From Eledone cirrhosa (taxonomy: Eukaryota): a stretch of 64,000 nt of DNA. The notes under the pieces were generated by a model. The model was not told the origin of the DNA, did not search any database, and was given only the letters and a program-made list of their open reading frames with translations. The translations under genes and the position numbers were made by a program. Positions 48,609 through 63,264 of this stretch are shown here, piece after piece. Location of the stretch: the NCBI GenBank assembly GCA_964016885.1, contig OZ024741.1, positions 365,304,001 to 365,368,000 of the forward strand, written 5' to 3'. How positions within the stretch are numbered: position 1 is the first letter of the stretch; every line of letters begins with the position of its first letter.

Positions 48609-49843
48609 ATTATTATTAAAGGACTTGAACATCTGAAACTACTTCGTTTTTCCTTATTCGATATTTACTCCGTCACTCCTATGTGGAAAAAGTACGTTGA
48701 GTGCTTGAATTGAATTGTATCAATGTTTACCCTAATAATTTAGCTCCAATTAGTTGAGCGCTCTACGATGTAACCGATATGGTGGAGAAGAGAGGAACCA
48801 ACCATGAGCTACCCCGGAAATTCCCTCTACCATGGGGATGGAAACCCCTAACACTGGACGGACATAATAGTAACTTTCGGCAGGATAAATACGCGGAAAC
48901 AAAAAATAAGATAAACCCATATTTTCCTGCACCAAATCGCATTTGAACAGAAGCCCCCTCAATTCAATCTATACATGGACAGATGGACAATCATATGGAT
49001 CATTTTGCATATATGTACTCTGTGTTTTTGCATTTATTCACTATTGGTTCTGTTCTTTTCTTTTGTGTACTTTATGTCTGTTTTTTCTTTGATTTTGTTC
49101 CATGTGATGGAAATTATGACTGTGTACCAGATTGACTAATGCCTTGATCCCTGTAGTTTGCCCTCCGTTATAATGTACGGCACTGTCGTTCAATATGTGG
49201 ATAGAGTAACTGTGACACTAGAACCCTCTCAGAACTTATTACTTAAACATCTCTCTCCATATTATTTACTCACTTCAATCTATATTTTTACTCACCTCAA
49301 TGCGAATGATCACTTGAAAAATTTTTTAATTTTTTAATTTCTAATTGTTAATTTTTTTATTGTTTAATTTATAATTTCTGATATTTGATTTAGGAATTTA
49401 ATTTTTAATTTTTATTTCCAACTCTCACTCTTAACTTGCAATGTAAAACCATGATACCTAGAATTAAGTTTATTTTCCCTTATGAGATGGTCAGTCGTAC
49501 TGTCAACGCTTAGTGAGAGGTAGTATTATGACCTGTAAAAACTAACACTCTCCCATCCCCTCTGGCCTTCGGCTAACTGCCACAGTCGTGATGGGTAGCA
49601 GTAAAATATAGTACAGCATGGGTGGGCCATTGTTTGACTGAGAGGGTGAACTGACTAAGCGAATTTCGTTGAAATCTACGGTAGCTAATGGTCAACTTCC
49701 TTCGGACAAGCGCTTGCGCAGACCGGTGGGGGTAAATTGGTACTCACAAGGGAACGGATGAAAAACTCCCAAAACGCAATTCATCCGTTCCCATGTCGAT
49801 TCAATTTGGATTGCCTCGGAAACATAACCTTATTATGTAACAA

Positions 49844-49915
49844 GCTGTCTGATGATGACACGACACTCGCACACAGAAGTGTGACCAGTGTCGTCATTGA
49901 AATTTATATCACAGC
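49844..49915 (+). ncRNA. Hammerhead ribozyme motif
   Basis: GCTGT-CTGATGA-helix II (ACGACACT/AGTGTCGT)-GAA-ATTTATAT-C-ACAGC, with perfect helix I. Confidence 0.62.
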
Positions 49916-49958
49916 ATTATTATTAAAGGACTTGAACATCTGAAACTACTTCCCTTTT

Positions 49959-50034
<76 letters not shown>

Positions 50035-50350
50035 TTTCTACTTTAGTCACAAGGCCAACAATTACCCAGTGCATTACTGGTACTTTATATATATGTATAA
50101 TGTATGTATATATATATACATACTACTGTACGTCTGTATACATATATGTATGTACGTATACATACTTATATTTAAGTAACAGCCGTACTAAGAGTGAGAA
50201 ATGAAATTTCGTTTCATTTTTTTCCATTTATCGTTTTTGGTTGTCCCGGCCGATTAACTCACTCGAAATGCAAATTAGGCTGCTCAGCCGTTAATATGCA
50301 TAAGGAAAGTATATACTTTCAGACGTTCAATCATCTGGCAGGAAGGTTTA

Positions 50351-50391
50351 CGGTGCTGACGATAGCTAATAAGCTTGAAACTTGTACATCG
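50351..50391 (+). ncRNA. Minimal hammerhead ribozyme motif inside a 435-bp repeat unit
   Basis: CGGTG-CTGACGA-T-AGCT-AATA-AGCT-T-GAA-ACTTGT-A-CATCG; predicted GUA cleavage. Confidence 0.6.
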
Positions 50392-50659
50392 TTCCTTTGT
50401 CAATGTTGAACAAAAGTGCAACGATGGTTGCTAAACACTGTACGGATTAATTCGGGATTTTTGTTTACAAACAAACCGAGCATTATGATAAATGTTCGGT
50501 GAATCCATACGTACATATATATATATATATGTGTGCATGTATGTATATATATACATACTACTGTACGTCTGTATACATATATGTATGTACGTATACATAC
50601 TTATATTTAAGTAACAGCCGTACTAAGAGTGAGAACTGAAATTTCGTTTCATTTTTTCC

Positions 50660-50719
<60 letters not shown>

Positions 50720-50743
50720 ATGTATGGATAAATATATACATGA

Positions 50744-50840
<97 letters not shown>

Positions 50841-51463
50841 AGTGTGTGTGTGTGTGTCAGTGTCTGTGTATTGCGTTTTAATAAAACATGTATTAATATT
50901 AGATATTTCTAAGGTTCCTATTTGCATATTTTGTCACATGTTTCTCCTTATTTGTGCATATTTGTATGGGAATCAGCTTTATGTGCTATTCTATTCAATG
51001 TATAACGAATCCTGATACAAATTATGTACTATATATAAATAAATAAATATAGATGAGTCTATATATGAGTGTGTCAAAAGCTACAATATTTTTCTTGAGA
51101 TATATATTCATCATAGAGTTGAACACACAAACGCACCATTGTGACACTCAGTATTATAAGAACAACAAACCTGTAACTGTCTTAGTAAAAAGCCGGATTC
51201 AGTAGTGTTCTTGTTAGCAATTTTATTGCGATATGAAATAAGGGACGCCAAAGTTCATGATTGTGTACAGGAATAACGAATAGACGTAAAATGATAGCTT
51301 GTCAGTCGTGTTGGGTTTTTCGTCTTGGACAATGTACTTAAATGACCATGTACGGGATGTGAAGTCAACTTAATAGAGAATTGCTGTGTACATTGTGAAA
51401 TAACGTATAATTATATTGTAGTTCGGTGCAGAGAGCTATTTTTCAAACTTAATGAAAGAATTG

Positions 51464-51538
<75 letters not shown>

Positions 51539-51609
51539 TATATATAAACACATGTATAAATATATTTATACATATATAAACACATATAAATCTCTCTCTC
51601 TCTCTCCCC

Positions 51610-51693
<84 letters not shown>

Positions 51694-52987
51694 GAAAGGT
51701 ATAGATATATAGATGTGTGTTTAAGTGTGTGTGTGTGTATGTATGTATTATTAAATCACTATGTGTACGAAAAGCAAGACAGAGACAGAAGGTTGTTATT
51801 TTGGTTTCTTAAGAGATGTTCTTTTGAGAGAGAGAGAGGGGGGGGTAATATAATTATGTAAGATATAGTGAGGAGTTGTTTGATTATCACTTGTAGTAGT
51901 GTACACCTATGCTTGATTGCTTTTAATGCTTCACGTCTAGTGTAAACGCTACAATTAAATTCTTCTATTTTTGTATGAACACAAACTATTTCCATATAAG
52001 TGATATCTATACTCGATATATCCAAGGACTGTATTGTTAGATAGCGTCTCGGTCAAAAATCTTTGCGGCATTTAGCTGCAACACTTTACGGTCTGAGTTC
52101 AAGTTGCTGCGAAACCCCATTGGCATTACTTTTCTTATAAAATAAAATATCAGTCAAGTATCTTGGGTGATGTAATCTACTATATCTCTTATTAAAATCT
52201 GAAACCATATGGCTGTGGAAGAAATCGATATAAAACTTATGTAGGTACGTGTTGTTAGAGCATCGGACCAAACATCTTGCGGTACTTAGCTAAAGCCTTT
52301 ACGTTCTTGTTTCAAATCTTATCGAGACGTATGTTGCTTTTTACCCTTCTAGTGTGGATAACACAGATGCTAGTCATATAAGGGGATCGATATAATCCTA
52401 TATACTCATTCACTAAGCCTATGCGATAGAAACAATATTCGATATGTACATGTTCGAATTGCTGGATAATAAATCACTGAAAATGGACTATTCTAAATTT
52501 CCATTCTCTGGTTTCCTAAATGTAATTGAGTTGACTATTGAGAAAATTGTTCTGTGACTTATTACAAATACATGACTGTGTCAGTGAGGGAATGCTAACC
52601 TATAAATAACTCTAAAACACATTAAGATCCTCATTCACTTAAGTTGAACTATTATATTTCCAAGTGTAAATTTAAGCAGATTTATAGAAAGAACAACGAT
52701 ATGACTGCAGCTACTGTAAAAACAAATAGCGGTAAGATATATCGTACTTGGGTGGAAGAGTTAATCAGTCACCTTGCTCACCATCACCTGGCTCTTGCAT
52801 GCCTTTAGTGAATTTCATTCTGTTAGAGGTATTTGAGCCACTTCACCTCTTTGAGTATATATATATCTTCCTCGCAGATTCCCGCCCTCACACCAGTCTA
52901 AAAAGCGTTGAAATAGGTCTTCTGTTCCCTGATTAATCAGTAAAAAGAAAACAGAAAAAATATGGGGCCTTTATTCGGAAATATAAT

Positions 52988-53190
52988 GGTTTACCTACAT
53001 AGGGACAAGGCTAGCAATTTTGGGGGAGGGGAAACTCCACTGCGTGACTGGTACTTTATTTTATTGACCCCGTAAGGATGAAAGGTAAAGTTACCCTCGG
53101 CGGGATTTGAACTCAGATCATAGAGGGCAGTAACTCTATGCTGCAAAGCATGGCGTCCGACCCTCTACCAATACTGCCAATCCACCGCCC
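52988..53190 (-). mobile_element. tRNA-derived SINE with ~18-bp TSD
   Basis: TSD tttatYYggaaatataat at 52970-52987 and 53192-53209; begins ATTAT on the SINE strand. Confidence 0.9.
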
Positions 53191-56100
53191 TTTTATCTGG
53201 AAATATAATAAAAGTATCTTGTAACTCTCAATGACAAGTTAAACCCATACATTTATCTCAATATAGCGTATCAAATGTCAATCAAGCAACATCAGCATTG
53301 TCCAAGTTATTAACTAAGGCTGAATATCTCTGAGAAATTGAGTAAATTACTTCAGATTATTCACGTCGTAATCAAACATATATGTCAGGTACCTTATACT
53401 AGAATCTCCATCCACTCATAGACCCTTAATCTCTAATGGGGTCGTAGGAGTTCCGTCAAGATATACGGGAGTTTTCTTGCATTTACTCATGGCAGAATCC
53501 ACCCTTCTCCTGATTTGTATAGGGCCGTTATTTTTTCCAGAGAAGAAGGAAAGAGATAGAAAATAAGTAAATAACATAGAGGAAGAATCGGTCCCAATAT
53601 TGGAGTGGTACTATATTTATCAGCTTTCAAAATATGAAAGGGTTACTTCGGCAGTTTTTAAATAAAGGGGACAAGAACAAATACCGCAATAGATTCTGTC
53701 TAATATACTAACGACTACACTAACGTTTTGCCTTACTAGAAGCTACTCTAAAAACATCGTACCGGTTAAAACGTTGCCCAGAGACATGAACGAAGAAACA
53801 TTATTGAAAGATAGTTACAATGCCCTATATAACTGTCTTCTCGTGTTATTGGTTGCATATAACATAATCTAAATACCAGGGGTTCTTTTTAAATATTTTG
53901 AATGTCTTGAAAGCTTATATGCAAACCTCGGGTATATCGCTTATATGAAATGAATATGGGTTTATTGCCTGAACACCAACGTGTTTAATTGGTTTTCAAT
54001 TATACTGGTAATCATATTCGAAAACGGTAAAAAGTAAAACCAATTTCACATTGATAGCTACGTCAAAGCCATTTCTCTTTTGCTTTAGACTTTGATCTTT
54101 TTGTTAAAATTATACCATTGGGGAAAATACAAAAACAAAAAATAATAAATACAAACAGAACACACAATAGTTATCATTTTGTCATGTTAATATTTCTCAC
54201 TATATTCAATAATCTTAGTCATATTTTGCATTAATCATTATTTTGAAAAAAGATATATACACATTCGCTTAATGTCTTCTTAAACATTTGAAGAAGAAAA
54301 AAAAAACATAGCTTCAGATTTATCGTGCAGCACACATATAGAGAATATTTTGGTTTGATAACTGATTCTAAATCTGGTATTTACTTTATATTTATTATAA
54401 TTGGCATATGGATTTAACTTTTGTAGGTAATTTAGATCTGCATTAGATTAGAAAATCTATATAAAGCTTTATATTGCATATTGCATATACACTAGTAATT
54501 TATTTGCAGCAACATTTTCATATTTGTAATTAAACGAATACCACGTTCATGAATACATAGCATATAGCTTTATAGAATGAGCGTAATGGTAAGGCACTCA
54601 GCCGTGTTATGATATCAAAGTCATCGTGAGGTGTAATCGCATATTTTTTTTCAATAAAACTTCGAATTCGTTGCCAATAGGATTAATGCAAATTAGGTTT
54701 ATACCGTATTTACGCTATTATCCGGATATATGAAACGAGTGGATGATTGGCAGAGCCGTTATCGTTGCCAGACGAAATGCTTTGTAGTATTTTGTTAGGC
54801 TTCTCTACGTTCTAAGTTTAAATTTCGCCGAGTGAATATTGTCATACACTTTCTAGGTCGAAAAATGAAATATCAGTAATGCTCTGGCCTCATGCCTAAA
54901 TCAGAAACCATAATATTATAACAGATTAAATATTTAATGTGTTCACAGAGAGAGAACGAAAGAGAAAGGAAATGAAGAGAACGAAAGAGAAAGGAAATGA
55001 AGAGAAGAGAGTAATGGTTTCTAATTTAGGCCCAAGGCTAGTAATTTGGGTGGATAGATGAAATGGAAGTTTGAACGCAGAACGTAATGGGTTATAAATA
55101 AATACAATAACGTATTTTATCTGGCGCTCAAAATGTTTTATATCAAACCATCACCATTAATAAAAGAGAAATTGAGAAGACATTTACTGAGAAAAGAAAA
55201 AATATTGAAAATCAGAATGGAATCAAGATCAAATTGTATAGAGAAATGGGCCGAAAAATTGACATGTGATTAACCCTTTTGATAACAAACCGCCTGAAGC
55301 TGCCACTGGTTCCATGATATATAGCTTAATTTTAAAATGCTTACATTTATCTAAAAAGCTACCATCAGAGTTTTATTGAAGAACATTTGTTGTGTTCCAG
55401 GCAACAGCTTAATAACGAGAACATTATTCATACGTCAAATTAATGATTATTTAAAAATTATTTGAAAACCATAGGCAATGTGTTTCATATATATGGCAAC
55501 AAAAGGGTTACGAAAGTTCTCTGAGATAAGGAAACTAAGAAAAGAGTATAAGGCATTATACCATATTTGCTGTTATCTGAAGCTTTAGCTACATCATTTG
55601 ATAGGAATATCGGATTTAATTTATGAAGATGCTGGATTTCTAATATGTTCTGAATGAAATAGAATGTAATTATATTGCTTATATGAATCTAATTTATGGT
55701 TTAATTTATGAAATTAACAATGGTTTCCTCTACAAAGAACTATTAATTATTATGCCAAAACGGATACCAGGTTTCATTTCTTAGTTTAAAAGAATTTATT
55801 ATATACATATGCCAAAAATTCTCAGGAAAAGCATAGTTATCACAAAATTCCATTTTCCCTTTATTAATGCAATACTTCTAATCCTTAATGGAGAGAAAAT
55901 CGAGAATACTAGAACATATTTAAGGTGTTAGCAAATTCGGTTGATTTACGAAGTATTAGGAAATTTAAAATTTGAAAATATATTTCTCATGTTGCAGATA
56001 AATAAGTATATAGACAGCTATTGATAACAGTTGAACAAATCGAATAAAATACTGGAGAAGGGAAAACATTGGAAAGAGGTGCATGCGGAGAATAATCGAA

Positions 56101-57184
56101 TCATCCTCTCTGTACAATATTTCCCATCTATAGGAATACTTTACTCGATTTAATCAACTATTGTTTATTTTTATCAACTGCTACTATAGTTATCTGTATT
56201 GTACCGAATATATTGTTGAATATGAATCATTTTGTTTCTGTTGTTTCACATGAATATGATCAAATACATGCTAGCCACGACCATCCTATCTTTTCCGTAA
56301 TTACTGACAAACCAGGATCACATTATCAACGTGGAGAATTGGCTGCTATTTGTAGCTGGTTGTGCAAGCCCGTAAAGCTTTCTCTCGTTGGATCTGCGGT
56401 GTATGTAGACAGTATCGGAACATGTTGACATCTGTTGGAAAACTGTTGTTGCTGGTCTTTGTGTAGTATATACCTTTTTAGAAAAGTGGATGATAAAGCG
56501 CTGAAAGCCAGGCAGGAAATGATCACCACGCAAATCTATTCCAACTCTAATCAATTTTCATCTCAGTAGTGGTTGTGGGAATGTCAATGATGAGAGATTA
56601 ACGAATCTTGAAATAGCACTGTCTAACATTCTGGACTGCTACTGAGATATCTGTGATACGTTCACAGAGCATAAGAATGAAAAATAATTTTTTCACAACG
56701 TAAAAATATTTTCCTTGGTAGCGAGGCTGTCATATGTTTATTGTATATAAACATATAGTATATGGTTTCGTATACACCCCTTAGTGCTATTGCCAATTAA
56801 TTATAACTATATATCTATATCTATATATCTATCTATCTATCTCTCTCTCTATATATATGGTGGCTGCCAACTCGTTTTCGAGTACGGCCACTACTTTATA
56901 TCCATGTAGGAGAACCCCTACCAATGCGCTGAACGACTGTGACTTTTTAGTCCAGCCGGCGACTTGAAAACTCTGGTACAAACACTACACTTGTGACAAC
57001 TATTGACACATAGTGCTGGGCCCATGGTACCATGTGAGGACAAGTGCAGAGAGATCTCCAGATATAAAGTAATCCCTGTGCCGTGAAGCTTTTATAGTGA
57101 GCAAAGGCACTGCACAAAGCCAGTCCCACTCTCTTAACCAAGATGATATTTACCAAAAAGAAGAACAAGTCAACATCATTGGAT

Positions 57185-57465
57185 ACCATCAGGGTTGCAG
57201 GTGTTATATCAGAGTTTTCCTTCTCCTAGAATTCTGCCTTGACAAAGGCTAAGGGGTCATCTCTCCCGGTGATTTTGGATGGCCATTGACTCTTAAGAGC
57301 TCCTTTGCCCTTTGACAGGTTTTGTTTTTAGTCCTGCAGGATGTCCAAAGTCACCCTCCTCACCAAGAAACCTTGGTGGGGTTGCCAGTTTAGTCGCCAA
57401 CGACCCGACCATGAGACAGGTTGTACTGGGATACATGTTACCAGTAGCACCAAGTGGTGACCTGA
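57185..57465 (-). mobile_element. Possible 5'UTR fragment of an RTE-like LINE
   Basis: GC-richer island with 'ggagaaggaaaactctgat...aacacc', resembling RTE 5' regions from memory. No coding support. Confidence 0.3.
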
Positions 57466-57521
57466 CATATACATACAAACATATATATATATATATATAT
57501 ACATATCCCTCTCTCTCTCTG

Positions 57522-57553
<32 letters not shown>

Positions 57554-57580
57554 TAAATACATACATATATATAAATATAT

Positions 57581-57668
<88 letters not shown>

Positions 57669-57789
57669 ATGTATGTATAGTATATTTGATAATATACTGT
57701 ATGTTTAATTAAAAACAGTTTGAAGACCATTCGCTATGAACGTTTTTAATTAAACATACAGTATATTATCAAATATACTATACATACAT
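57669..57789. repeat. Perfect 48-bp inverted repeat with 25-nt spacer
   Basis: 57669-57716 is the exact reverse complement of 57742-57789. Confidence 0.95.
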
Positions 57790-57820
57790 TCATATATACA
57801 TCGCTATTTCAGAGCACCAA

Positions 57821-57929
<109 letters not shown>

Positions 57930-58983
57930 TTTGTGTATATATATTTAATGACATTTCTATATGGTTCAGATGTTTCTGCAACTTTTCAAGCATGACCAGT
58001 AATCTATATTACCTGCCAGATAAGTTGATGATTTTGGCTACGGCAATGTTTAGTTTCACATTTTTTATATTTGACTCCTTTGATCCTAAGCCACCTTTCG
58101 ATGATACAAAAATGTTTATTTTACTCTATTTCAAATCCTTCGTTGATAAGTTTATATAAGAATCCTTGTTAAGTTATGCTCTAAACCGCAGCTTAATACA
58201 GATATTATGAAAACCTTCCAAATTTCTTAGTCTGAAAATTTCATTCGGTGTTTTCCATTAGAAATATGGTAACCAATGTGTTAATAAACCAAGCTAAATA
58301 CTGAAATATGGATTTTTTCACTGACGTTAATGACACCAGACAACCAAGAACACGGCTGAATGATTTCTATATATTTCCCTAAGGTATTAGTATCGACAGT
58401 AAAGTCACTCAGTTACAACTAGAAATAGATTAAAACCATGAACTTTGATCCGGATCGCTTGAGGCACTCTGTTTCGTCACAAAACCTCTAGGATGTTAAA
58501 CAAAGAAACAAATCATAACCCCTTTAGAAATCATATGGCTTGAATTAAAGTTGCTAAACAGATAAGATGTACAATCAGTTTTCTATGATAGTTTCTAATT
58601 TAAGCACTTGGCCAGTATCTTGTAGGAAAGAGCAAATAATTATATGAAACTCAGTATTTTACTGATAATATATTTTATCGATCGGGGAATGATGAGGGAT
58701 GACGTTGATCTCAGTAAGATTTGAAACTAGAACATGGAGAGCCATTTTTTTCCAATGCACTAGCGATTCTTCAAATGTACTGTTCTCCACTCAGTTATGT
58801 ATAATCAGTTATTATATAGACAGAAGAAACTGGCCTTGTGCCAAATGTAGAAACAATTATATAGGGGGAAAATTGAGTCGTTACAGCGTCGGATTAAATG
58901 ACTCAGTATTTTCTTCCGATCACGGCACTCTGAATTCAAATCTCACTGATACCAGCTTTTGCCTTACATTATTTCTGTGTTGA

Positions 58984-59412
58984 GGGGATTAGCAGTATCG
59001 GTAGAGAGTCGGACACCATGCTTTGCAGCATAGAGTTACGGTCCTTTACGGTCTGAGTCCAAATCCCGCCAAGGTTAACTTGCGGGGTCGATACAATAAA
59101 GCACCAGTAATGTAATGGGGTCGATTTAATCGACTTTCCCCTCCCCACAAAAATTACTGGCCTTGTGCCTATACTAGAAATCATTATTTCGGTGTTGATA
59201 GGGAGATAGAATAGCAGTATCGGTAATGGGTCGGACGCCATACTTTGCAGCATAGAGTTACTGCCCTCTATGATCTGAGTTCAAATCCCGCCGAGGCTAA
59301 CTTTACCTTTCATCCTTACGAGGTCAATAAAATAATGTACCAGTCACGCACTGGGGTCGGTTTAATCGACTTTCCCCTCCCCCAAAATTGCCTTGTGCCT
59401 ATATAAGAAATC
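58984..59412 (+). mobile_element. Two SINEs in tandem (58984-59182 and ~59199-59412) separated and flanked by three TSD copies
   Basis: RttatttcKgtgttga at 58968-58983, 59183-59198 and 59413-59428. Confidence 0.9.
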
Positions 59413-60590
59413 GTTATTTCGGTGTTGACAAATAAAATACTAGTCCATAATTAAAAAGATTGACAGAATGCTTTTGAAGTATCTGATAGGGCTCTGTGCA
59501 TTTTTAGTTCAAATCCGCCCCCTTTCCCACAAAGAGTAGTGACCGGCAGGTAGTATCTGCACTAGAAAATGTATTTATGGGTCCAATTTAACGATTGACA
59601 CCTTTTTATTTTTTTTACTATAAACTACCAAGAAATATGGTATTTGAAACAGAAAATAGATAATGTGATGAAAGAAATGAACTCCAACATACCTAGTGAT
59701 TATTAACCGCTTCCATCTCCCTCCATTCATTTGTTTTCTCATAACATTCTTAAAAATGCATATTTTTCAATGGAATTTTGTTGCTTACAATTCATGTGAG
59801 TTGGAGGCGATATTTAAAATCCGAAAGCACAGAATCAGATGAGATAATGCAAGGAATCTTGTCCAACTCTTGATAGTTTCGCCAATCTGCTACTGGTGGA
59901 TTGGTAGATGAGTTATCGATCCCAAATGAAGAACAGGGATGAGACCGGCGGGAATTATATTAGAGGGCAATGTGCCGAAAGAAATAGCTAAGCTTGATAC
60001 TTGAATAAAGTTGCAGAATTGTGTATACAGCGTAGTGGGACAATGAGTGGTTTCGAGTAAGTAATAGAATCCCGCCTGAAGACTCCGTATTTAAATTTCT
60101 AATCCAAGTGTTCCCATTTATACGTAATCATTACCGAATGTACATGTGTAAAGAAAATCTGAAACAAAGCGGAAAACAACCATACATGTAATTAATGGGA
60201 AATAAAATGGCAATATATACATATATATATATATTTATATATATATATGTATGTGTGTGTATGTATGTATGTATGTATGTATGTATGATGTATGTATGTA
60301 TGTATGTATGTATGTATGTATGTATGTATGTATGTATGTATGTATGTATGTGTGTATGTATGCATGTACATAGATACACACATACATACATGAATCTATG
60401 TATGTATGTATCGTTATATATATATGTATGTATACATATATAAATATATATATATATATACATAAATATGTATGTATTTACGTATGTACATATGTGAATA
60501 ATACATTTTTAATATATGTATATGTATTTATATATACATATATGCATATATATGTATGTACATATGTGAATTAATATATGTATATATATA

Positions 60591-61181
60591 CTAGCTAAAG
60601 TACCCGTCCCTTGGACGGTTCAAGTAGCTTTCGATGTAGCTCATTAAACTAAACAAAGTAAATTTGAATACATAGAAGAAAAACGTACTTTATGTATACA
60701 TGAAAACCTTAGGCACTATTCCAGCGAAATAATTAAATGTGAGCTCGGTGTTATCCGTTAGTAATTTTTTGTTAGAAATTGCTGGTTCTGAAATATCCAA
60801 AATGATATTGTTAGTTTCAAGGAAGCGTACCTTTTGTTTCAAGTACAAAGAGTAAAGTAAAATCCGAATGAGCCGAATTGTAATAATCAAAATCCCAACA
60901 TCAAAAATGAGTTCCTATTGTATTGACGAAAGATAACTCTTGTCTTACTTAATAACGAAAATTGACACAAATAACCGAAAACTTTTTAATGTCTCCAAAG
61001 GCCTTAATATCGATTTTTGAAAGCCTTTGTAGATCATGTACAGGTTTTATGCAAGGAAAAGCTCTGTAAAAAATTTCAAAGAAATCGCATGAATGGTTTA
61101 GAATATATGAGCCCTCATTAAAAATTGTCCACACACACATACACACACACACGGGAAAACTTCATCTTTATATATATTACA
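60591..61181 (-). mobile_element. Non-autonomous Helitron-like element
   Basis: Minus-strand 3' end has a CCGTCC-AAG-GGACGG hairpin ~9 nt before CTAG|T. The 5' end 'aatatatataaagatgaag' is followed by (TG)n, a layout typical of small Helitrons. Confidence 0.7.
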
Positions 61182-61927
61182 TATATATATATATATATAC
61201 ACATACAAATACACACACCCACACACACACACACGTAAATATATATATAAATATATATATATATATATGTGTGTGTATGTGTGTGTATGTTGTATTTTTG
61301 CAATTATATATATATATATGGGGGGGGGGCGTTGTGTGTGTATGTGTACATATATTAAGAAGGAGAGAAGCAGTAGAGATAGAGAAATGAGAAAGAAAAA
61401 TTATATATAGATTTTACTCAGTTTTTTACTTTCTTCAAATCTATAATAGTATCCAAACAGCAGAAACGAGTTGTTTAGCGAGAATAATAAGATGCAAAAA
61501 TCGAATTGTATTTGATGAGTGGAGAAAAATGTTTAAAGTGCTATTTTATAATCTGTGAATTAGAAAAGTATTTCCTTTTCTTCCAATATTTTTATTCTTT
61601 GTGTTAGTGTTATTTTCTAAACACATCTTTCTGCTTAAGCTTTTATAGAAAGTAGTTTTAGCTGTGTCTTTAGACAATATTTACATTTTTCAATGCAAGA
61701 ATATATCTTTCCAATAACTTTTTCTTAGCAGATATCTACAATTCCGTTTATCCTGTTTTAGGCCTGAAATATTTTGATTGGTTATGTTAACTCATTTGTC
61801 TATTTATATCTCCTTTCTCTTAATCCACCTCCATATCAATCTATCTGACTGTCTGTCTATCTATTTATCTATCTATCTATCTATCCATCTATTTATTTAT
61901 CTACTTGTCTATCTATCTATATGAACA

Positions 61928-62034
<107 letters not shown>

Positions 62035-62141
62035 ATATATATACACATACATACATACGCACACGCACGCACGCATGCACAAGCACATACACACAGACAA
62101 ACACACACACATATATACATATATATATATATATGTATATG

Positions 62142-62227
<86 letters not shown>

Positions 62228-62229
62228 TA

Positions 62230-63264
62230 AACTGAGTTTTTTTAATATTAATAACATTCGATTCCAAAGAGCTAGTGAAAATATATGCTATTTTCTAAAA
62301 TATACAGTGACTGATTGGCCTGATTTGCATATTAGCAGATCCATTGATCAGCCAGATTTGCATATCAGCAGACTGGCAAGTCAGTTTCCTGTATACGAGT
62401 GATAAATGTCCAACTTTGCCACATTCGAAAAAAAAAAGAAAGAATTTTCGAATAATAATAATAACATTCGATTCCTTTGCAATTATGCGAACAAGCTTCA
62501 TTTTTAAAGCCATGTCAGTTGAATGAACCCTTTAATCTTGCTCTTGTGTTGGAATGTAAACAGAACTGCAGACACAAATGTTTCTGGGTATCACCCTTCA
62601 TCAGTACAACTCACTGATCACCTGCCAACTGTCAGAGCTAGTGAAAATATATGCTATTTTCTAAAATATGCAGTGACTGTCGGCCTGATTTGCATATTAG
62701 CAGACTGGCTGATCAGTCAGATCTGCATATTATCAGATCCACTGATCAGCTGATTTGCATATCAGCAGACTGGCCAGTCAGTTTCCTGTATACAAGTGAT
62801 AAATGGCCGACTTTGCCACATTAAAAAAAAAAAAAAAAATGTTTCGCTCTACATGGCTGAATACAATAAATCTAATCTGAGTTTTTCGAATATTAATAAT
62901 AACAAAAATGTTCGATCTACATGGCGGAATGGGTAATATGCAGATCTGACCGATCAGCCAGTCTGCTAATATGCAAATCAGGCCGATTATCACTGTATAT
63001 TTAAAAAAAAAATAGCATATATTTTCACTAGCTCTGACAGTTGGCAGGTGAACAGTGAGTTGTACTGATGAAGGGTGATACCCAGAAATATTAGTGTCTG
63101 CAGTTCTGTTTATATGCCAACACAAGTGTAAGAATGAAGGGTTCATTCTACTGACATGGCTTTAAAAATGTGGCCTGTTCGCATAATTGCAAACGAATCG
63201 AATATTATTATTAATATTCGAAAATCTCATATCACATTTATTGTATTCAGTCATGAAGAGCGAA

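Larger units (their letters stand above)
47805..49962 (+). mobile_element. Penelope/retrozyme-like non-coding element: two ~605-bp direct repeats plus a partial inverted copy, each with a hammerhead motif
   Basis: Direct repeats ~48047-48655 and ~49359-49962; 47805-48045 is the reverse complement of 48494-48734; (TA)n on both flanks. Confidence 0.75.

Noticed and set aside
56213-56650. Compositionally balanced island with short ORFs on both strands, a possible host exon
   Set aside because: No recognisable domain, stops in all extended frames and no convincing splice pair. It would need RNA-seq or tBLASTx.
58968-59428. CRISPR-like repeat-spacer pattern
   Set aside because: The 'spacers' are ~200-bp homologous SINEs and the repeats are TSDs. 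The context is eukaryotic and there are no cas genes.
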